From Phoronis australis (lineage: Eukaryota; Animalia; Phoronida): a stretch of DNA of 64,000 nucleotides. Under the pieces are notes generated by a model. That model searched no databases and was not told the DNA's origin. It saw only the letters and a list, made by a program, of their open reading frames with translations. The DNA is taken from assembly GCA_002633005.1 (NCBI GenBank), contig NMRA01000133.1:406312-470311 (forward strand), read 5' to 3'. Each line of letters begins with the position of its first letter. Within the stretch, counting starts at the first letter, position 1. This document shows positions 1 to 15,000 of the stretch, in pieces. A program made the translations under genes and the position numbers.

Positions 1-3000
1 ACTTCGAAGTTTGACCGAAAGCACTATTTCTATGGGGATCTTCCAGTAAGTGAAATTTCGTTTTGAAATCTTAACTTTTTTCTTGGCGTATAATAATTTG
101 TTACTTTACAAATATTTTAATATACTGCCTGTTTGCAGGAATCACGTTTTTGAGAAAGGTTTTAACTTTTAATTTAAAAATTTAATTTTTGATTTTTGAT
201 TTCTTATATTTTCCACTCTATTCAGGCCAAATTATCATTTTGCTCTTTAAGCATTACAGTAATTTGTGTTCATGCATGTGCATATATTAACTATGTTTGA
301 TAATGTCTAAGAGTTGCATTTCATCGCTGTTTAGCTGTCAATATTGAATTCTTAACCAAAGCGCTTTGGGGTTTAAAAGGATTGGTAACGAAAATAGAAT
401 CCTATTGCAGTAAAGAATATTATGAGATTGATTTTATGAGAGTAAAGGGTCTGAATTAAACCAGTTAAACATGGTGAAATTCACCTTTAAATAAAAAAAC
501 TGGAACACGTTCCTTTAAAACATTTATTGCTATATTTAGGCAGGTTATCAAATAACCCAACATCGTACTCCAATTGCTGTGGACGGACATTTAGACTATG
601 TCGTTTACGGCAAACATACAAAGCAGAAGCCCCAAAGTCTCCGGGCGAGAATTATCCAGATTCAAATGGAGCAGGACAGTGGGAAAAGTCTACATGATGT
701 TGAGGAGCGGAAAAGTTTGATTGACTTGAATAGGGCAGGTAGGATACACTGATAAGGTCACTGCATGATGTAGAGAAGTGGAAATGTTTGATTGACTTGA
801 ATAGGGCAGGTAGGATACACTGATAAGGTCTCTACTCAAGGTTATGTTGGACTCTACAGAAATGTCCAGTTTTGGCTAGCTTCGAAATATCATTTCTTGG
901 AAATGACTGATTGGATTTGTAAAAAAATTTCAGACGAGCTGTGATTTATGCTCAGTTCTCCAAAACTGTTTTAGTAATTGTGTTGTTATTAATCAATACT
1001 TTGATATAAAAGTAAGAATTATTGGTCTTCTTACTCGCCGTGTGTTGGTTACGTCACATGTCTGTTTGGGTAAGATGCTCTTTATTAAGTCTGCTTGGAT
1101 TGGCGGCCCCGACAGCTCAGTGGACTAGAACATCTGCATGGTTAGCAGAAAGACTTGGGTTCAAACCCCGGTCGGGACAGCGATCTTTTCAGACTTAACT
1201 ATAGGTCATGTGATATGACCATCGTATGACGTGTATGAAGACTAATAATTCTTTGAGGAATTGTTTTTAAATTGCTCCACTTTTGCACGAGGGGCAAGTA
1301 AAAACAAGAATTCAAAAATAGGAAAAATCTAAATTTTCAAAAGGGCATTTTAGAAAACTGTAACAGCGTTTTTGAGATTTCATCTAGAATATTGATATCA
1401 CATGAAATTTGATCATGTAATTCATACCAGTGTTTTGTTATGAATGTTCTTTTATTTTACACTACGTTTTACTAAAAAGACATGGTCACATGACCCAATT
1501 AATGACAGATTAAAAATCAAATTATACATGGTTTCTACTTTCAGAAAAAAATATTACTTTCTAAAGTTTTTTAGATATTTAACTAAATGCATAGACTTGT
1601 CAAAAATGTCCTACGTCACCTTAAAGTGGAACTATCGCATTTGAAACATCTTATGCAGATGTTGTTTTTGATAGTATTAACTTCTCGTCATGACAGTCAA
1701 CGTTGGGTTATTAATATTTTGTGTGTTTGAAAACTTTCCTGTCCACGACATCGCTCTCGGACAACAGTCTCACTTTGTACATTTGTGTAATGTTAACGGT
1801 GTTTGAAAATGTTGTTTCAGGAGTGGGTCTAATGGAGATAGTCACGGCCCCAGATTTCACAAGTGCTGAGGAGGCGTCATCATTCGTCAATGAACTGCAG
1901 CTGGTACTGCGGACGATAGAAACGTGTGATGGAAATATGGCTGGTGAGGGAACTGTCTACGTGTTACAATTTCTGCAAAAAAATAATGATTAGAAATACC
2001 CCCGGTAGATTCATCGAAATATGTTAATAATAAGTAATTGAAAAAGATTTTAGACTTTTAAGTGTGCGCGCATTAATTTGAAACTATCAGAGCTAATTTG
2101 ATTTTCTTTGTGTTTTCCAGAGGGGTCAATGAGGGTTGACGCAAACATCTCCATTCATGCACCTGATGAACCACTGAAGGGTATTCGGGCAGAGGTGAAG
2201 AATATAAATAGTTTCCGCTTCGTAAGGAAAGCAATAGGTAGGTTACACTTTCTATTTAGAGCGTGAATCTTGGCTCTTAGTTGGGTCAAATGAAATGTAA
2301 ATAGTTGGCATGCAGTAAAATCTCATTGGTTTAGGACACAATGTGGCAGACCGCAAATTGGCAATAAATGTTTTACCATTTTCATGTCATATTCCACAGC
2401 TGGGATCTGACAATGTTTTTTCAAGTTGCGTTTCTTTCACGGCAATGTTATGAAACTAATGAAAAAAGTTGTACCAAATATTGATATCCTGAATTGGCAA
2501 GATTTTACCATATTTTGACATCTGTAGTTTGTACTCAGAGGAGTATAATATCTTGTGTACTGCATCGTTCTTTGCAGCATATCTTTAATTTCTAAAGAAT
2601 TTACTGTTAGGTGTTGACTTAGGGGTTGTTCTCTAAATTTCATATCACTACACTGCTGTCATACCTCATCATAAACAACAACAAAATCAAAATTTAAGAA
2701 TTAGAATTTAATTTTTAATGATTTGATTTTTGTACGATAAAAATTTTATCAATACTTAGCTCTGTACTCTTTTAAATTGATAGTCATTGCTTATCAGCAT
2801 TCTGCTATTTTTCTAGCAGATATTTGTGAAGATTTCTCCCTGTTTTGATGTGTCTAAGTCTGACACAGTTTTGTACTGACACAAATGCATTTTTCATTGC
2901 TCAATTTTATACCTTTATGGCAGGATGTGAAAGAAGAGCAACATGGAGTGTTGAAATGTGCCCACGAATGCATTGCAAATGGTGTGCTTTTAGGGTTATT

Positions 3001-6000
3001 TATTTTTATCATAAAAATGGCCACTAGATGGCACAAAAACATACAATCCATCCAACAACAGGAACATGCCATATTTTAATAAAATATGTCAAGGAACTTC
3101 AGTGAAACAAGAGAAAACAGAATAAAATGAAATTGCCACTAGTGGGCACAGCTTCTGTTGGATTCGCCTGAAAGTTGTCGTCGTATGTTGTTATCTTCAT
3201 ATAAATACACTTACAGATCCTGCAGTGGGTTTAGAAGAAACAACTATGGGCACAGAATAAAACAAAACTACCACTAGGAGGCGCCACAGTAGTTAGTCAC
3301 CATCGTCAAACGTCCTCTTCACACTGAGAATATGTAAGCCAATTTTGAAAACCATCCCTAGAATGATTTGGTTGATACAGGGGTAGACGCCAAAAGCAAG
3401 ACTTGAAAACAGAAAAAATGGCAAAATACCTCGATTCCATCCAAAAACAGCAAAATAGTGTCATCTTACCAATAGATGCCTATATTTAAAATTTTATGAA
3501 AATATGTTGAGGACCTTTGAAGATACAGAATTAAACGTAAAAACTAAAATTGCCACTAAGGCGCACACCAGTAGTCAGATCTTTCCGAAAGTCTTCGTTG
3601 CCTGTAGTCAACATCATATAAATACACTTGCTAAATTAAGTAAAGATCCTGCAAACACTTTAAGAGATACAGCCATGAGCGGAAAAAAAAACTGCCACAA
3701 TGTGGCGCCCCAGTATACAAAGTCATCAGAAAATCATCGTCAGCTGTCCACTTCATAGTAAAAACATACATGCCAATTTTCAAAATTATCCTGAAAACGA
3801 TTTGGTTGATAGATTAGTGAATGCCAAAAAACAGGCTCGAAAAAAGTAAAAATGGCCACTAGGTGGCGCAAGCAAGATCGAATTCATCTGAAAACGGAGC
3901 GATAGCGTCACCTTATTAACAGATGCCAGTATGCCAAATTTTATGAAAATACGGTGAGGACCTTTGAAGATTCAGAGGTAAACGTAAAAAAATAAAATTG
4001 CCACTAGGTGGCACACCAGTAGTCAGATCTATCCAAAAGTCGTCCTCGTCCGTTGTTAACATCATATAAATACACTTACTAAATTTCGTAAAGATCCTGT
4101 GAACGGTTTAGGAGAAACAGCCATAGGCGCAAAAAAAAAACTGCCACTAGGAGGCGCCACAGTAGTCGGAAGTCGTCGGAAAATCGTCGGACGTCAACTT
4201 CATAGTAAGAACATACATGACAATTTTCACAATCATTTTTGAGCGGTTTGGATGATAGAGAGGTTGACGCAAAAAAACAGTAAAAAGGACCTCTAGGTGG
4301 CGCAACATACCCTGAATCCACCTGAAAACGAGAGGATCGCGTCATCTTACTAATAGGTGCCTACATACCAAATTTCATTAAAATCAGTTTAGGACTTTTG
4401 AAGATACAGAGGTAAGCATAAAAAACTAAAATTGCCACCAGAGGGCACACCGATTGTCAGAGCGGTCCGAAAATTCGCTCATGCTGTCCCATTCACGGAA
4501 GGAACACGTGCAAAATTTCATGAACATATGTCAAGGGGTTTTGGAGATAGAGCAGCAGACGCCGGACGGACGGAGATGACGGCGTAAATATGTGGGCGCA
4601 TAAAAAGGACAAATTAATTCATTTTTCATTTTTTGTCATAAGCTCTTTGAGTGATTCACTGATCAGATGCAAGTTTTGCTTTTGCTTGTACCAAATCTCT
4701 ATTTTTTACTTTTCATTTTTGGTTTGAAAAATGTAACTATTATCGTGATGTTTTGAAATACTCACTTTTACGTGTTGGTTTCAGACTATGAAATAAAAAG
4801 ACAAACGGCAGTGCGGGAAAGTGGTAAAAACATCGTTAAAGAGACAAGAGCATTTGATTTTGCTACAGGGTAAGTGACAAACCTATGTCTTGCATCATAG
4901 CCTCTCATGGTTTTATCATATGTTCGAGGTGCAGTTGTTCAATTTTCTTTCAATTGGAGAAATACATTGTTTTTTCATTCCATTAACCTTTTTATGGATA
5001 ACGTAAGATGTCATGTACACAAAAGATTGTAGAATAACGGCTATACAAAACAGCCCTGGTAGTTGATGTAGATAAACAAGCTGTGGAATTCACTTCGTTT
5101 TGTAGTTTTTCAAGCAGCCGAAAGTTCAGTTTGTCATAAATGCCTGTTAACAGGAAGCATGAATTCATAACTGACAGCCATCTTACAGAGCAGACTTCAG
5201 AGGACTTTAATTCTAGAAATCTGTGCTTTAGCAGGTGCTTTCCGTAAAAGAAGTCAAACGCAGAGGTTACTCTACACTATACATGACATTTATCCGTTGA
5301 AGTCGATGCAGACTCTTTATTTATCTATTATTTCTCACAAAATTTTGCCAGAATTGTCATTTCCATTTTTCTAATGCTAGCCACACTGCTACAAATATTC
5401 AAATTTTGACTTAAAGTTCACTATCGTTCTTCTCATTGACCAAACTACAGAAGATCAAGAATTGCGGTTTTTAATCCTTCCTATAAATCTACATAAAGTG
5501 GCGTTGCCACGATAGCATTTGTATCAACATTTAGTGAGAATTGAGAGACAATAATTGAATTGAAAGTGGTCAGAGTTTGTTAGAGTTTACATTGCCTTCT
5601 TTTTTTCAAAGTGACTATAACCCTGCGTTCTGTCCAAGAGCAGAATTTTTGATTTAGACCATTTTCCTCTGACACTGGTCTCGGCTTGTTCCATTCTAAG
5701 AAAGGAAGTGATTCTAAGTGAGGAACAAAATGGAAGTTTGTCATTCCTCAAGACTTCTCGTCACATAAAATGGCACGCCATGACACACCAATGACACGCT
5801 ATGACAAACCAACCTGTAGAACCTGGTTTTAAGCATAGGAAACTGTCAGTTCTGTTGAAGCCCTAGATTTGGTAGTTACTTTTTAACATTTTTAATTTTT
5901 GAAGAGAAACTGCCAAAATATGCAAAGTTTGATTTTTATCCTATGATTATTTTTGTATAGGACAACGGTGCCTATGAGAGACAAAGAGAGTCAAATAGAC

Positions 6001-9000
6001 TACCGGTTCATGCCTGAGCCCAATCTCCTGCCTTTACGTCTGTGTGACAGTTCGCATCCTGTTCCTGGTTGTATAAACGTGGATAAAGTGCTCGAGTCTC
6101 TTCCTCAACTCCCGTCAGAGATGAGGCAAGATTTGGAGAACACCTATGGCCTAGCCACAGAATATGCTTGTGAAATTGTGGTAGGTTGAACAAATTACTG
6201 TAGTTTAATTTATAAAATATTCTCGTTTTATATAGTTTTCTCTCGCACACACCACACACTGGTAACGCCGCTTATATTGTATTGATGGAGAATGAGCTTC
6301 ACGTAGCAGAATATTGTCTCGAGTCTCACTGCATCTATCAAATGATTTTCAAAATGAATCGGTCAAGTTTTGTGTAATCCAAATAGTTGCTACCTCCACG
6401 AATACAAAAAGGTACGGGCAGCAGTGTTTAGTCCTTCAGGCTATGACTTGACAGCTAGACACGCCTCATTCACTAATTTTTTTATGTAATAACTTCCAGA
6501 AAGACGGCTTGTATTCACTTTGTGTGAGTGTGATCACCAAACCAGGAGTAAACGGTTCAGTTGCTGTTAGCCGTGTTTTCTCACAGCTTCTCAACTGGCT
6601 TCGTGAAGATAAAAGAAACGTCAAAGACTGGTTTGTGAATTTTGCTTGTACTTTAAAGTTTTACGATCATGGAGGACCATATTGAAAAGTCTGTGTTTTT
6701 AACCAGCTGTCTACAAGACTAAATTTTAAGGCATTTATTTTCAGAAAGTAGAAAGTAGGTAGAACTTGATTTTGCATTTTTATCAATCTGTCATTTATTG
6801 GGTCATGTGACCATGTCTTTTTAGTAAAATATAGCCAAAAAGGAAAGGTATAGCAAAATCAACATATTTCATTTGATTTAAATGTTCACTATGAAATCTC
6901 AGAATCAATCTTGTAACAATTCTTTAAATTGTCATTTCGTTTCTTTTATGCAACTTTAGATTTTTTTCACACAGATCATAAAAGTCCAATTTTTTGATAG
7001 CCTCTCGTGCAAAAGTGGCCTGCGACCACCAAATTTTACTCTGTCCCCTTTTACTTAAATCTTAAAGAAATACTCAGAATGGATAATTTCTCATGTTTCT
7101 GGAGACCACTAGAAGGTGCTCTATCAAACGTGCTTTAAATCTTGAGTAATTCTCACTTTTTCAAGTAATACTCAGGAAAGTCTGACCACCAATAATTCGT
7201 GAGTATTAGAACTCTTACTAGTAAATTTGGAAAAATTACTTCAAAATTCCAAGACTACTACAAAAAGTGTTCAATATGTAGGACCATATTTGGATCCTTA
7301 CAGATCTATAGTCTCATTAAATTGTGAATATGCAAATGAAGTACTAATTTACAAACAACCCCGTGTCCTCCAGTGTCCCAGAAACCATCCAATAAACAGT
7401 TATCATAAAATCTTGCAAAAGTCTCGTTTTGTGGGACTATTTTTATGTAAATGGGTGTGGTAATATTTCATCGTTACCCTAATGAAACAAGGCACAGTTT
7501 TTATTATTTGTTTATTTCACTATCAAATATCAATTGCATAATATTTGGAATTACTAGGGTTTTGTTATATGTTCAAACTTGTTTTTAAGTGTCAGTTCTG
7601 TATCAGTGGTAGTGTTTTCTTTAAAATCGCAATTCATTTACAAATTGTTTCTCTTCCTGGTTACACTTGTACACAGTTCTCCAGGAAGTCACTAGGTGGC
7701 ACTTGCTACAAATTCAAATATTCACAGTTTTAGTGAGACAACGTCTTTACTTCACAACTTGATACCTTATTATATTCTCAAGAGTATATTTAGTAAAATT
7801 TCAATCGGTATGAATATATAAAATTTCATTTACGAAGTACATACCGTTCACGTCTTCATTCAAATAATCCGCAGACAACAATTCTCATTTCCACACCTTC
7901 TTTTCTGGAAATGTTGACTGAACTGTAGAGGGGGCTAGATTTCAATATGCACTTAAATTATATTTTTCTTGTTTTATCGCGCCAAAGACTTCCATACCAG
8001 CTTGAGAACGTTTCTTGATTCCATGTATGTCTTGAAGAGACTTGAGTTAAGTTTGGTGATCAGAATTTCTCAAGTATTACTCCAGTGAGTAAATATTGGA
8101 GTAAAAACATCTGTGAGTAATTTAAGGGTCTGAGTAAACTTTGGTTGTTATGGGCCCTGAGTTTGATTTTTAGGTCAATTGAAGACTGTCTCTCCCCCCC
8201 TCTCCCTCTCCCCCTCCCCTCCCTGTCCCCCTCTCTCTCCCTGTCTCTCTTTCTCATCTCCGTGAGATGTAAAATGACTGTACGCACACGTGATTGCCTT
8301 CAGCCTCTTGAACTTTGCAGGTGTATTGAAGTATTATTAACATTTAATGGCAAAACAACAATTTATTCAATTACACCAAGTCACAGTTACAAGCTGGTCC
8401 GTGTTTATATGTGGAGTTTTTGTAAAAAGTGCCTTCATAATATGTACATTTTCTTGTCTTTTTGATAAATTAATGCAGTGCAAGCTTTTAAGATGTTGAT
8501 TATGGTGTCAAGTACTTTATTTAGGCAAAGACTATTTCCTCATGAAGTTACACTATAAATTACTTAGTGAGTTTTGAAAAACTCTCCAGACCTGTTCTTT
8601 GAATATTGTTTCAATAATGTCATTCTATCTCGTGAAGAACAACAGCTTAATGTTACAGATTGATGGCAGTGTAATTGGTTTGTAAGCAGAACAACATATT
8701 GTTTTGCTGCAACCATTACTTAAGACGTCATTACTCCCGTCTCGGAAAAGATTGACTTGATAATTAAAACCTGGTTCTGTCTCCGGAACTGAGGAATGAC
8801 GTATCTTTATATAAAGAGTTATTATTGCTTACGAAACGGCACGGATGGTGTTTATACCGGTTAGTACAGTACCAGCTTGCTGTTTGTCTTGTTTTGTTAG
8901 AAACAAGAAAATGATTAGAAGTAGTGCAAGTGCACCTGCTTTTGGTGATTTTCAATGTTCAAAAGACAATTAACTTTTGAACAACGCTCAAGCTGCTCTG

Positions 9001-12000
9001 AGATTGTTACTTAAAGATGCATTGCGCCCTGATTAACTGGTTAAAAAAATGAGAATCAATTTAAGTGTTTTACTCTGTTTGTAATATTAGTCTCATAATA
9101 TTCCTTAACATGAAGGGATTTTGTTGCTTTTACCAACAAAAACATCACAAGCATTACCATGTCAAGAAAATGGTTCATGTTAAAAAGATTTCTGGACTTC
9201 AGAAACATTTCCAAATAGTTGCTGGAGACTGCACTCAGAGAGTTGGAATTCTGGAGATAGTCTCTAAGTTGGGAGCAATATGGCTGTCAGCCAGGCTCTG
9301 CCATCCACTGCCAGATGGAGTCACTTGTGTCTATAGTTTATTGGAGTTTTGAGAATGTTGTTATTGTTGTTAATGAACCTTCTTTACCTAATTGAAGTAT
9401 CTCAAGTCTTTATGTGAGTTGAAAAAGGGAAGATATTCAGTGGTAACCTTGGTTAATTTTATGCGCCCACATATTGTTGCATATTGTCGTCTGTCTCGCT
9501 GGCCAGCCTGGTGTATAGCATCAGTGGTTCATGCGGGATTGTACTGAAATTTGGCCAAATGTATTCCTATGAACACGCCAACGGATGGCAATGACTTTTG
9601 AAAAGATACAACTTCCATTTTTCCGCCTAGTAGCAGTTTTATTTTTGTACAGTTTTGCCCCTGTATCTTCAGAGTTCCTTGAAGGATTTTTGTGAGATTT
9701 GACAAATAAGGAGAGGACGCCTTCCCATTTTCGGATGTGCATTTTGCCATATTTACACTTTTGATCCTTGTTTGTGTCCACCTCTGCAAAGCCTCTCTAC
9801 AATTCATTATGAAAATCGGCTGATAGATGTATTCCCACTCAGAATAGCACTGCTGGTGGTAATCATGGAGCAGACCCTTAGTGGCATTTTTGTGTCCATG
9901 GCTGTATCTCCTAAATCCCTGATAGGATCTCTGGGAAGTTTGGCCAGTGTATTCCTATGAAAATGACGACTTTTTCTGGATTCGACTTTGGTGGCAACTT
10001 AAATTTTTTTACCCTTTCCACTGTATCTTCAGAGTTCCTATTGTTTGATGTTTGTTTCTCCATCGGCCTAACCGCTTGAAGGATCGTTCTGTTTCTGTTT
10101 CTGTTTCTGTGGTGAAGTCAGAGGGTAGGCACCGGGATAGTCTCTGTCCCTCCTCCTTCCAGTATCGCACACAATGTAAATTTGGAGATGCAACCAAGTT
10201 TGTGCTGGTTACACACTATTCGATCTTGTCCCCTGATTCGAGTTTTTGTTGCATCTCCGTATTGCCATCCTCGCTCTATGATCGTTATGAAAATAGAGAC
10301 ATAATGTGTTTTTGCTGAGAAGAATACAACTGACGAGGATTTTTGGGTGATCAGACTACTGTGGCGCCCACTAGTCTCACACTGCAGGCAATTTTTAGTT
10401 GACTAATGCTGCTCCCTCTTGTTTGTAGTAATGACCGATTCCTTTCAATTTTGCTGTTTGCTATGCACATATCAATACCTAGTTACTTTATATGTGCATA
10501 TTTTGGTCCATGCATGTCTATAATTATGTGTTTTCTTCCAGCTCTAGTATTTTACACATAAATTTTAATATGTCTGAGCTTCACTTTTTACATGGGAGAC
10601 TGTATACCTTGTACGGCCACGTGTCTTAAAATGAATGTGACTTTTGAACCTTCTTGATAAGACTGAGTCAAACATTTTGTACCGGATAAATCAAGTGTTA
10701 CTTGCATGTTTTAAAAATTGGTTTTTGGTCGAGTATTTTGAGCACAGGCAGTTATTGTCGGTGTAGCGTAACATACACTCGCATCGGTATATAGTTATTT
10801 ACAGACGGGTTCGTGTCTATGATACATGGGCCTAAATACGTGTGTATATTGTGGAAGTAATTGTTTAAAAATCTTTTTCCAGTTCGGTAACTCCCAGTCA
10901 GTTGGCCGATCTTGCAATACTCGCTCAGAATCAAAGAATTTCAAAGTCGATAATGGTATCGGTACTGCGACTGAATTATGACGGGGACCCAAGGTTGCCG
11001 TCAGAGATTGTCGAGAACGAAGGCTGGTGGATTATCAGTGATGAGCAAACTCTGATTGACTTATGCAGGAAATTAATGACAGAGAACCCAAAAGCCGTGA
11101 GTGTTAGCTTTCCAAACTCCTGCAATTTGCCAGCACATGTTGTGGTACTCTTTTACTTGCTGGTTAGGCCATGAAAGCATTACAACCATTCTTCTGTTAT
11201 GGGGGTGCATATTATCAATTTGTCCCATAGTAGTAATTTTAGTTTTTAAATTTGTCTCTGTATCATCAGAGCTCCTTGAGTTTTTATGAAATTTGGCAGA
11301 TGTCTTCATTTTGGACCGATTCAATGTATTTTACACCGTCTGGTGGCCATTTTGATTATTTTTAACTTTTTTGTGGTCCGCATTGTCGTCTGTCAAACTG
11401 ATCAAAGGATGAAAATTGACTGATGTGTTCTTACTGATATAAGAGCACCACTGACATGGATTTTTAGACGAGTCCTACTAATGTACTGGCAATTTGCATC
11501 TGCAACTGTATCTCCTAGACCCCTGTAGGATCTTTTGGAAATTTGGCAAGTGCGTTACCATGAACATGGCAACTTGCGACGATCTGGGTCCTCCTATTGG
11601 CAATTTTATTTTTATATTTTCCTCTGTATCTTTGGGGTTCCTTGGTAGATTTTCATGAAATTTGACAGTTTTCTTTTATGGAGATGACGACGTGTTCCCA
11701 TTTTCATATGGTTCGACGTATTCTGCGCCATCTAGGGGCCATTTCTTGGTAAAATAAAAGCCTTTATAAGCATACTGTTTGCAGTGCAGTGCTGGATGCA
11801 CTTCAACTCTTTGCATTATTCTTGTTTTGAAAATTGATGCTGTACGTTTAATTTGTTATTGTTCCTTTTCCCAAAAAAATTCAACAGAGATGAGAAAAAA
11901 GTGGTGCGTGATTTTCTTCTTTTCACTCATATCGAACCAGCTTCATTGGTGCAGTGGTATTATTGTCTGAGCCCATATTCCCCCTGGGGTGGGGGTTTGG

Positions 12001-15000
12001 TCCGCATTCATGTTTGCGAGGATGTGTAGGATGTGTGTAATGTATGAGTCACTGGTGGAGTGACGCGACAAAGAGACGATGGTTAATTAAACTTTACGTG
12101 GCTTTTGAAAAAAGTTTAAGACTGGTCCAGATGTTCTGACACTCAATTATTCCAATCTTCACAAGAACATTTTGTGCCCCCTATTGAGGACATTAAGATA
12201 AATCTCTTGTTGTGCAAAATTATGAGCACATGCCAAAATCAACCTAATGGCAACATAATTAGAGCAGGCATTACAATCAATAGCAGCAATCCCTGTTCAG
12301 CTGTTCATAAATATAAGAAACCTGTCAGAAATGAACATGCTTCTTGTGATTCTGATATGGCAATTCTTCACATATTTCATGGAAATATACTAACAAAACT
12401 GTCATTTTTTCATTTTACAAAGACAAATAATGCGAGTTTGTTTAGCAAATGTTGTTTTCTGAAATCTACGCTCTACAATCCATGCTTGTAGTAGGCTAAA
12501 ATGTTATTAATTTTTACTCTTGTGGAGAAATTTATCAAAATAGAATTTCACTTGTCGGCCATGTTGTATGCTAAGTCAGTGAAGAATTAGAGTATTCGCA
12601 TACCAACCGATCGGGGTCACTTCTAATTCCTAGTTACGAAATGGATTGTAGCGTAATATGATCTCATTGTAGGCAGTGCATTAAAACTTCACATTATTAT
12701 GTGTGTACTTGTTGCAGGGAACAGGTAATAATAGTAATAATACCCACTGCAACATATTCATGGATCAACAACAACTGGTAATTTTATATTTTTCACAAGA
12801 CAAATGTCAATATTAAATTTTCAGTTTTGTTCTGAACTGAACATAACCACTCACAATTTTTTATTTCAATTGCCTCCTCCCTCTCATAGTGATTGTATTG
12901 GAACAGTCCTAAACAGCGTCAGTTAGTGACAGTTGTTTTTTTTTTCTTTGATGTTGACTAGCTCTGCAGCGTGTGCAATTTAGTTGTTAATCAAATTCTG
13001 TCACACGTAATGTCAGGAAGACATTGTCAATGTTTTCCTGGAAACTCTTAGTTGATGTAATTATGAAACCAGTTATGAAAGCACTTGCATAACTGAGGTA
13101 GACGTAACAACTATGGTTGACGTTGTTGGTCATGCCTCTGTCACATGGAATGTCTGCCCTTGACACGGTGAAACAACTGACACTGACCTAGCCAAGATCA
13201 GTGTCTGACGCTAAAAAGCATAGAGATGTCCTTGTCAATATAGAAATTTATTGTGTTGGTTGTATTTTTTTTACTGTTCGGTTACACCTTGTATTTTAGT
13301 ATCATACTTAAAATTAAAATATCAAATTGAAAATTTTTTGAATTTTCATCTTCTGCTGGTGATCTTACGAAATGAATGTAACGGTTGAATGGTTCTGAAT
13401 TTCACTTTTTGTGCAGTTGAAGCCAAAATGAAATTTACGAATGACGCTAATTCATGAACAGACTGCACAGAAAGCAGAAAGTCTTGGGTTCGAGTCTGGT
13501 TTGGCAGAAATCTGTTCAGACTTGTGTTTATTAGGTCGCAAATGACATGCTGACCAGACTTTCAAATGTTTGTGGTTCCCATTTTATTGATACATGTCCA
13601 CTGATGAGACTCATAATTTGTTCTAAACTTTATGAGTCTCATCAGTGGACATGTATCAATTTGTTCTAAACTTGGAAAATCAATATGCAGCTGTTGGGGG
13701 GGGGCTGACACAACATTTCAAGTGTCCAGCCCCAACGATTTGCGCATCCGCTTTGGTTTGTTTTTTAGTCCTCCGTTTATTTTTGCAATATTGCAGTATT
13801 GCAGTAGAAGGTTCAGGCTATCAAGCTGTCTTCAGGCTGCGTGCACACATCTAATGGTTCTTTGGTCAATTGCCCCAGTCGAAATGTTGGGCCCCCTTAT
13901 GCTATCTTAGATCGGCTACTGATTAATTAGCACAAATGAAGATTTTGGTGAAGCACAGTGACTGAGCTGACGTGCAGTTTGAATCTTATGGATTTTTTTG
14001 CCTATTAGCCAGAACCCTTTGTTTTTAGTTTAAACTGTACAATCTTTCTCGTGCCTGTTTTGACACTAAACCAGTGTTTCAATGACTTACATGAAGAGGG
14101 GTGGAAAGCAATTGGAAAAGTTTGGTTGAAGTCATTGATCTCGGTCTGATCACCTCACAGCATTGAAGGCATGCAAGTCTCATGAACCTGGAAAATGATC
14201 GTGAATTCCAGGCACTGAAAATTAAAATTTGTTCACAAAAATCTGTGGTCATAGTTTGAAACAAGCAAGATGGATTCAGAATGGGCCTAGGGAGCCCTCT
14301 ACAGATAAGACCATGAACTGGTGTTGGCATGCAGTTTTAGTGGCAATGCAAACATTTTTCCTTTGATTCTGCAAATGGTATTTCATAATGGGAAGATAAA
14401 TGTTAACTTATGTCCTTAATTGTTCTTCCTTTGAATCAGAACTGCTGAAATTTCACCAATGCTGAGCCATGTTTCATTAGAAATCCCTGACTGCAGAAAA
14501 TGTTTTGAGCTTGTTTGTCTCATGAGGTCCTGACCGTGAACTTGATCTTATCAACATGTAAATGATTCAGATTGTATGAAACATTCAGGCTCTAGTCTCC
14601 CAAATACCTTCACAAAACATTTTGTTTTATTACTAGTTTGCCAATGGGACTATAAAATTTAGATTTTGGTGATTTTTGTGAAAAAAGTCAAAAGTTGCCT
14701 GACACAAAGATAAAGTGATGGTTTTGAAAACTGTTACAATGTTGTTGAAATTTGATCTTGAATATTTCTATCAAAAGAAATTAAGCTATGTGAATGATAC
14801 CTTTCTTTCCTGAAAATGTACCTGTCGTTTTTACTTTAGAAAAACATGGTCACATTGGCCCTATCAATGTCATGTCCATTATAGAGCTGCATTTCGCCCT
14901 GTTTAGCTGGCTAAAATGAAAATCGAATTCGACCTTTATCTCTAATAAAATGGCACAACATTCATTACCATGATAGGATTCCTTTTTTATTACCAACTCA

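Noticed and set aside
1105-1180. tRNA gene
   Set aside because: A and B boxes are present, but the stems are imperfect and the head continues into a body shared with a second copy, so it is a SINE head.
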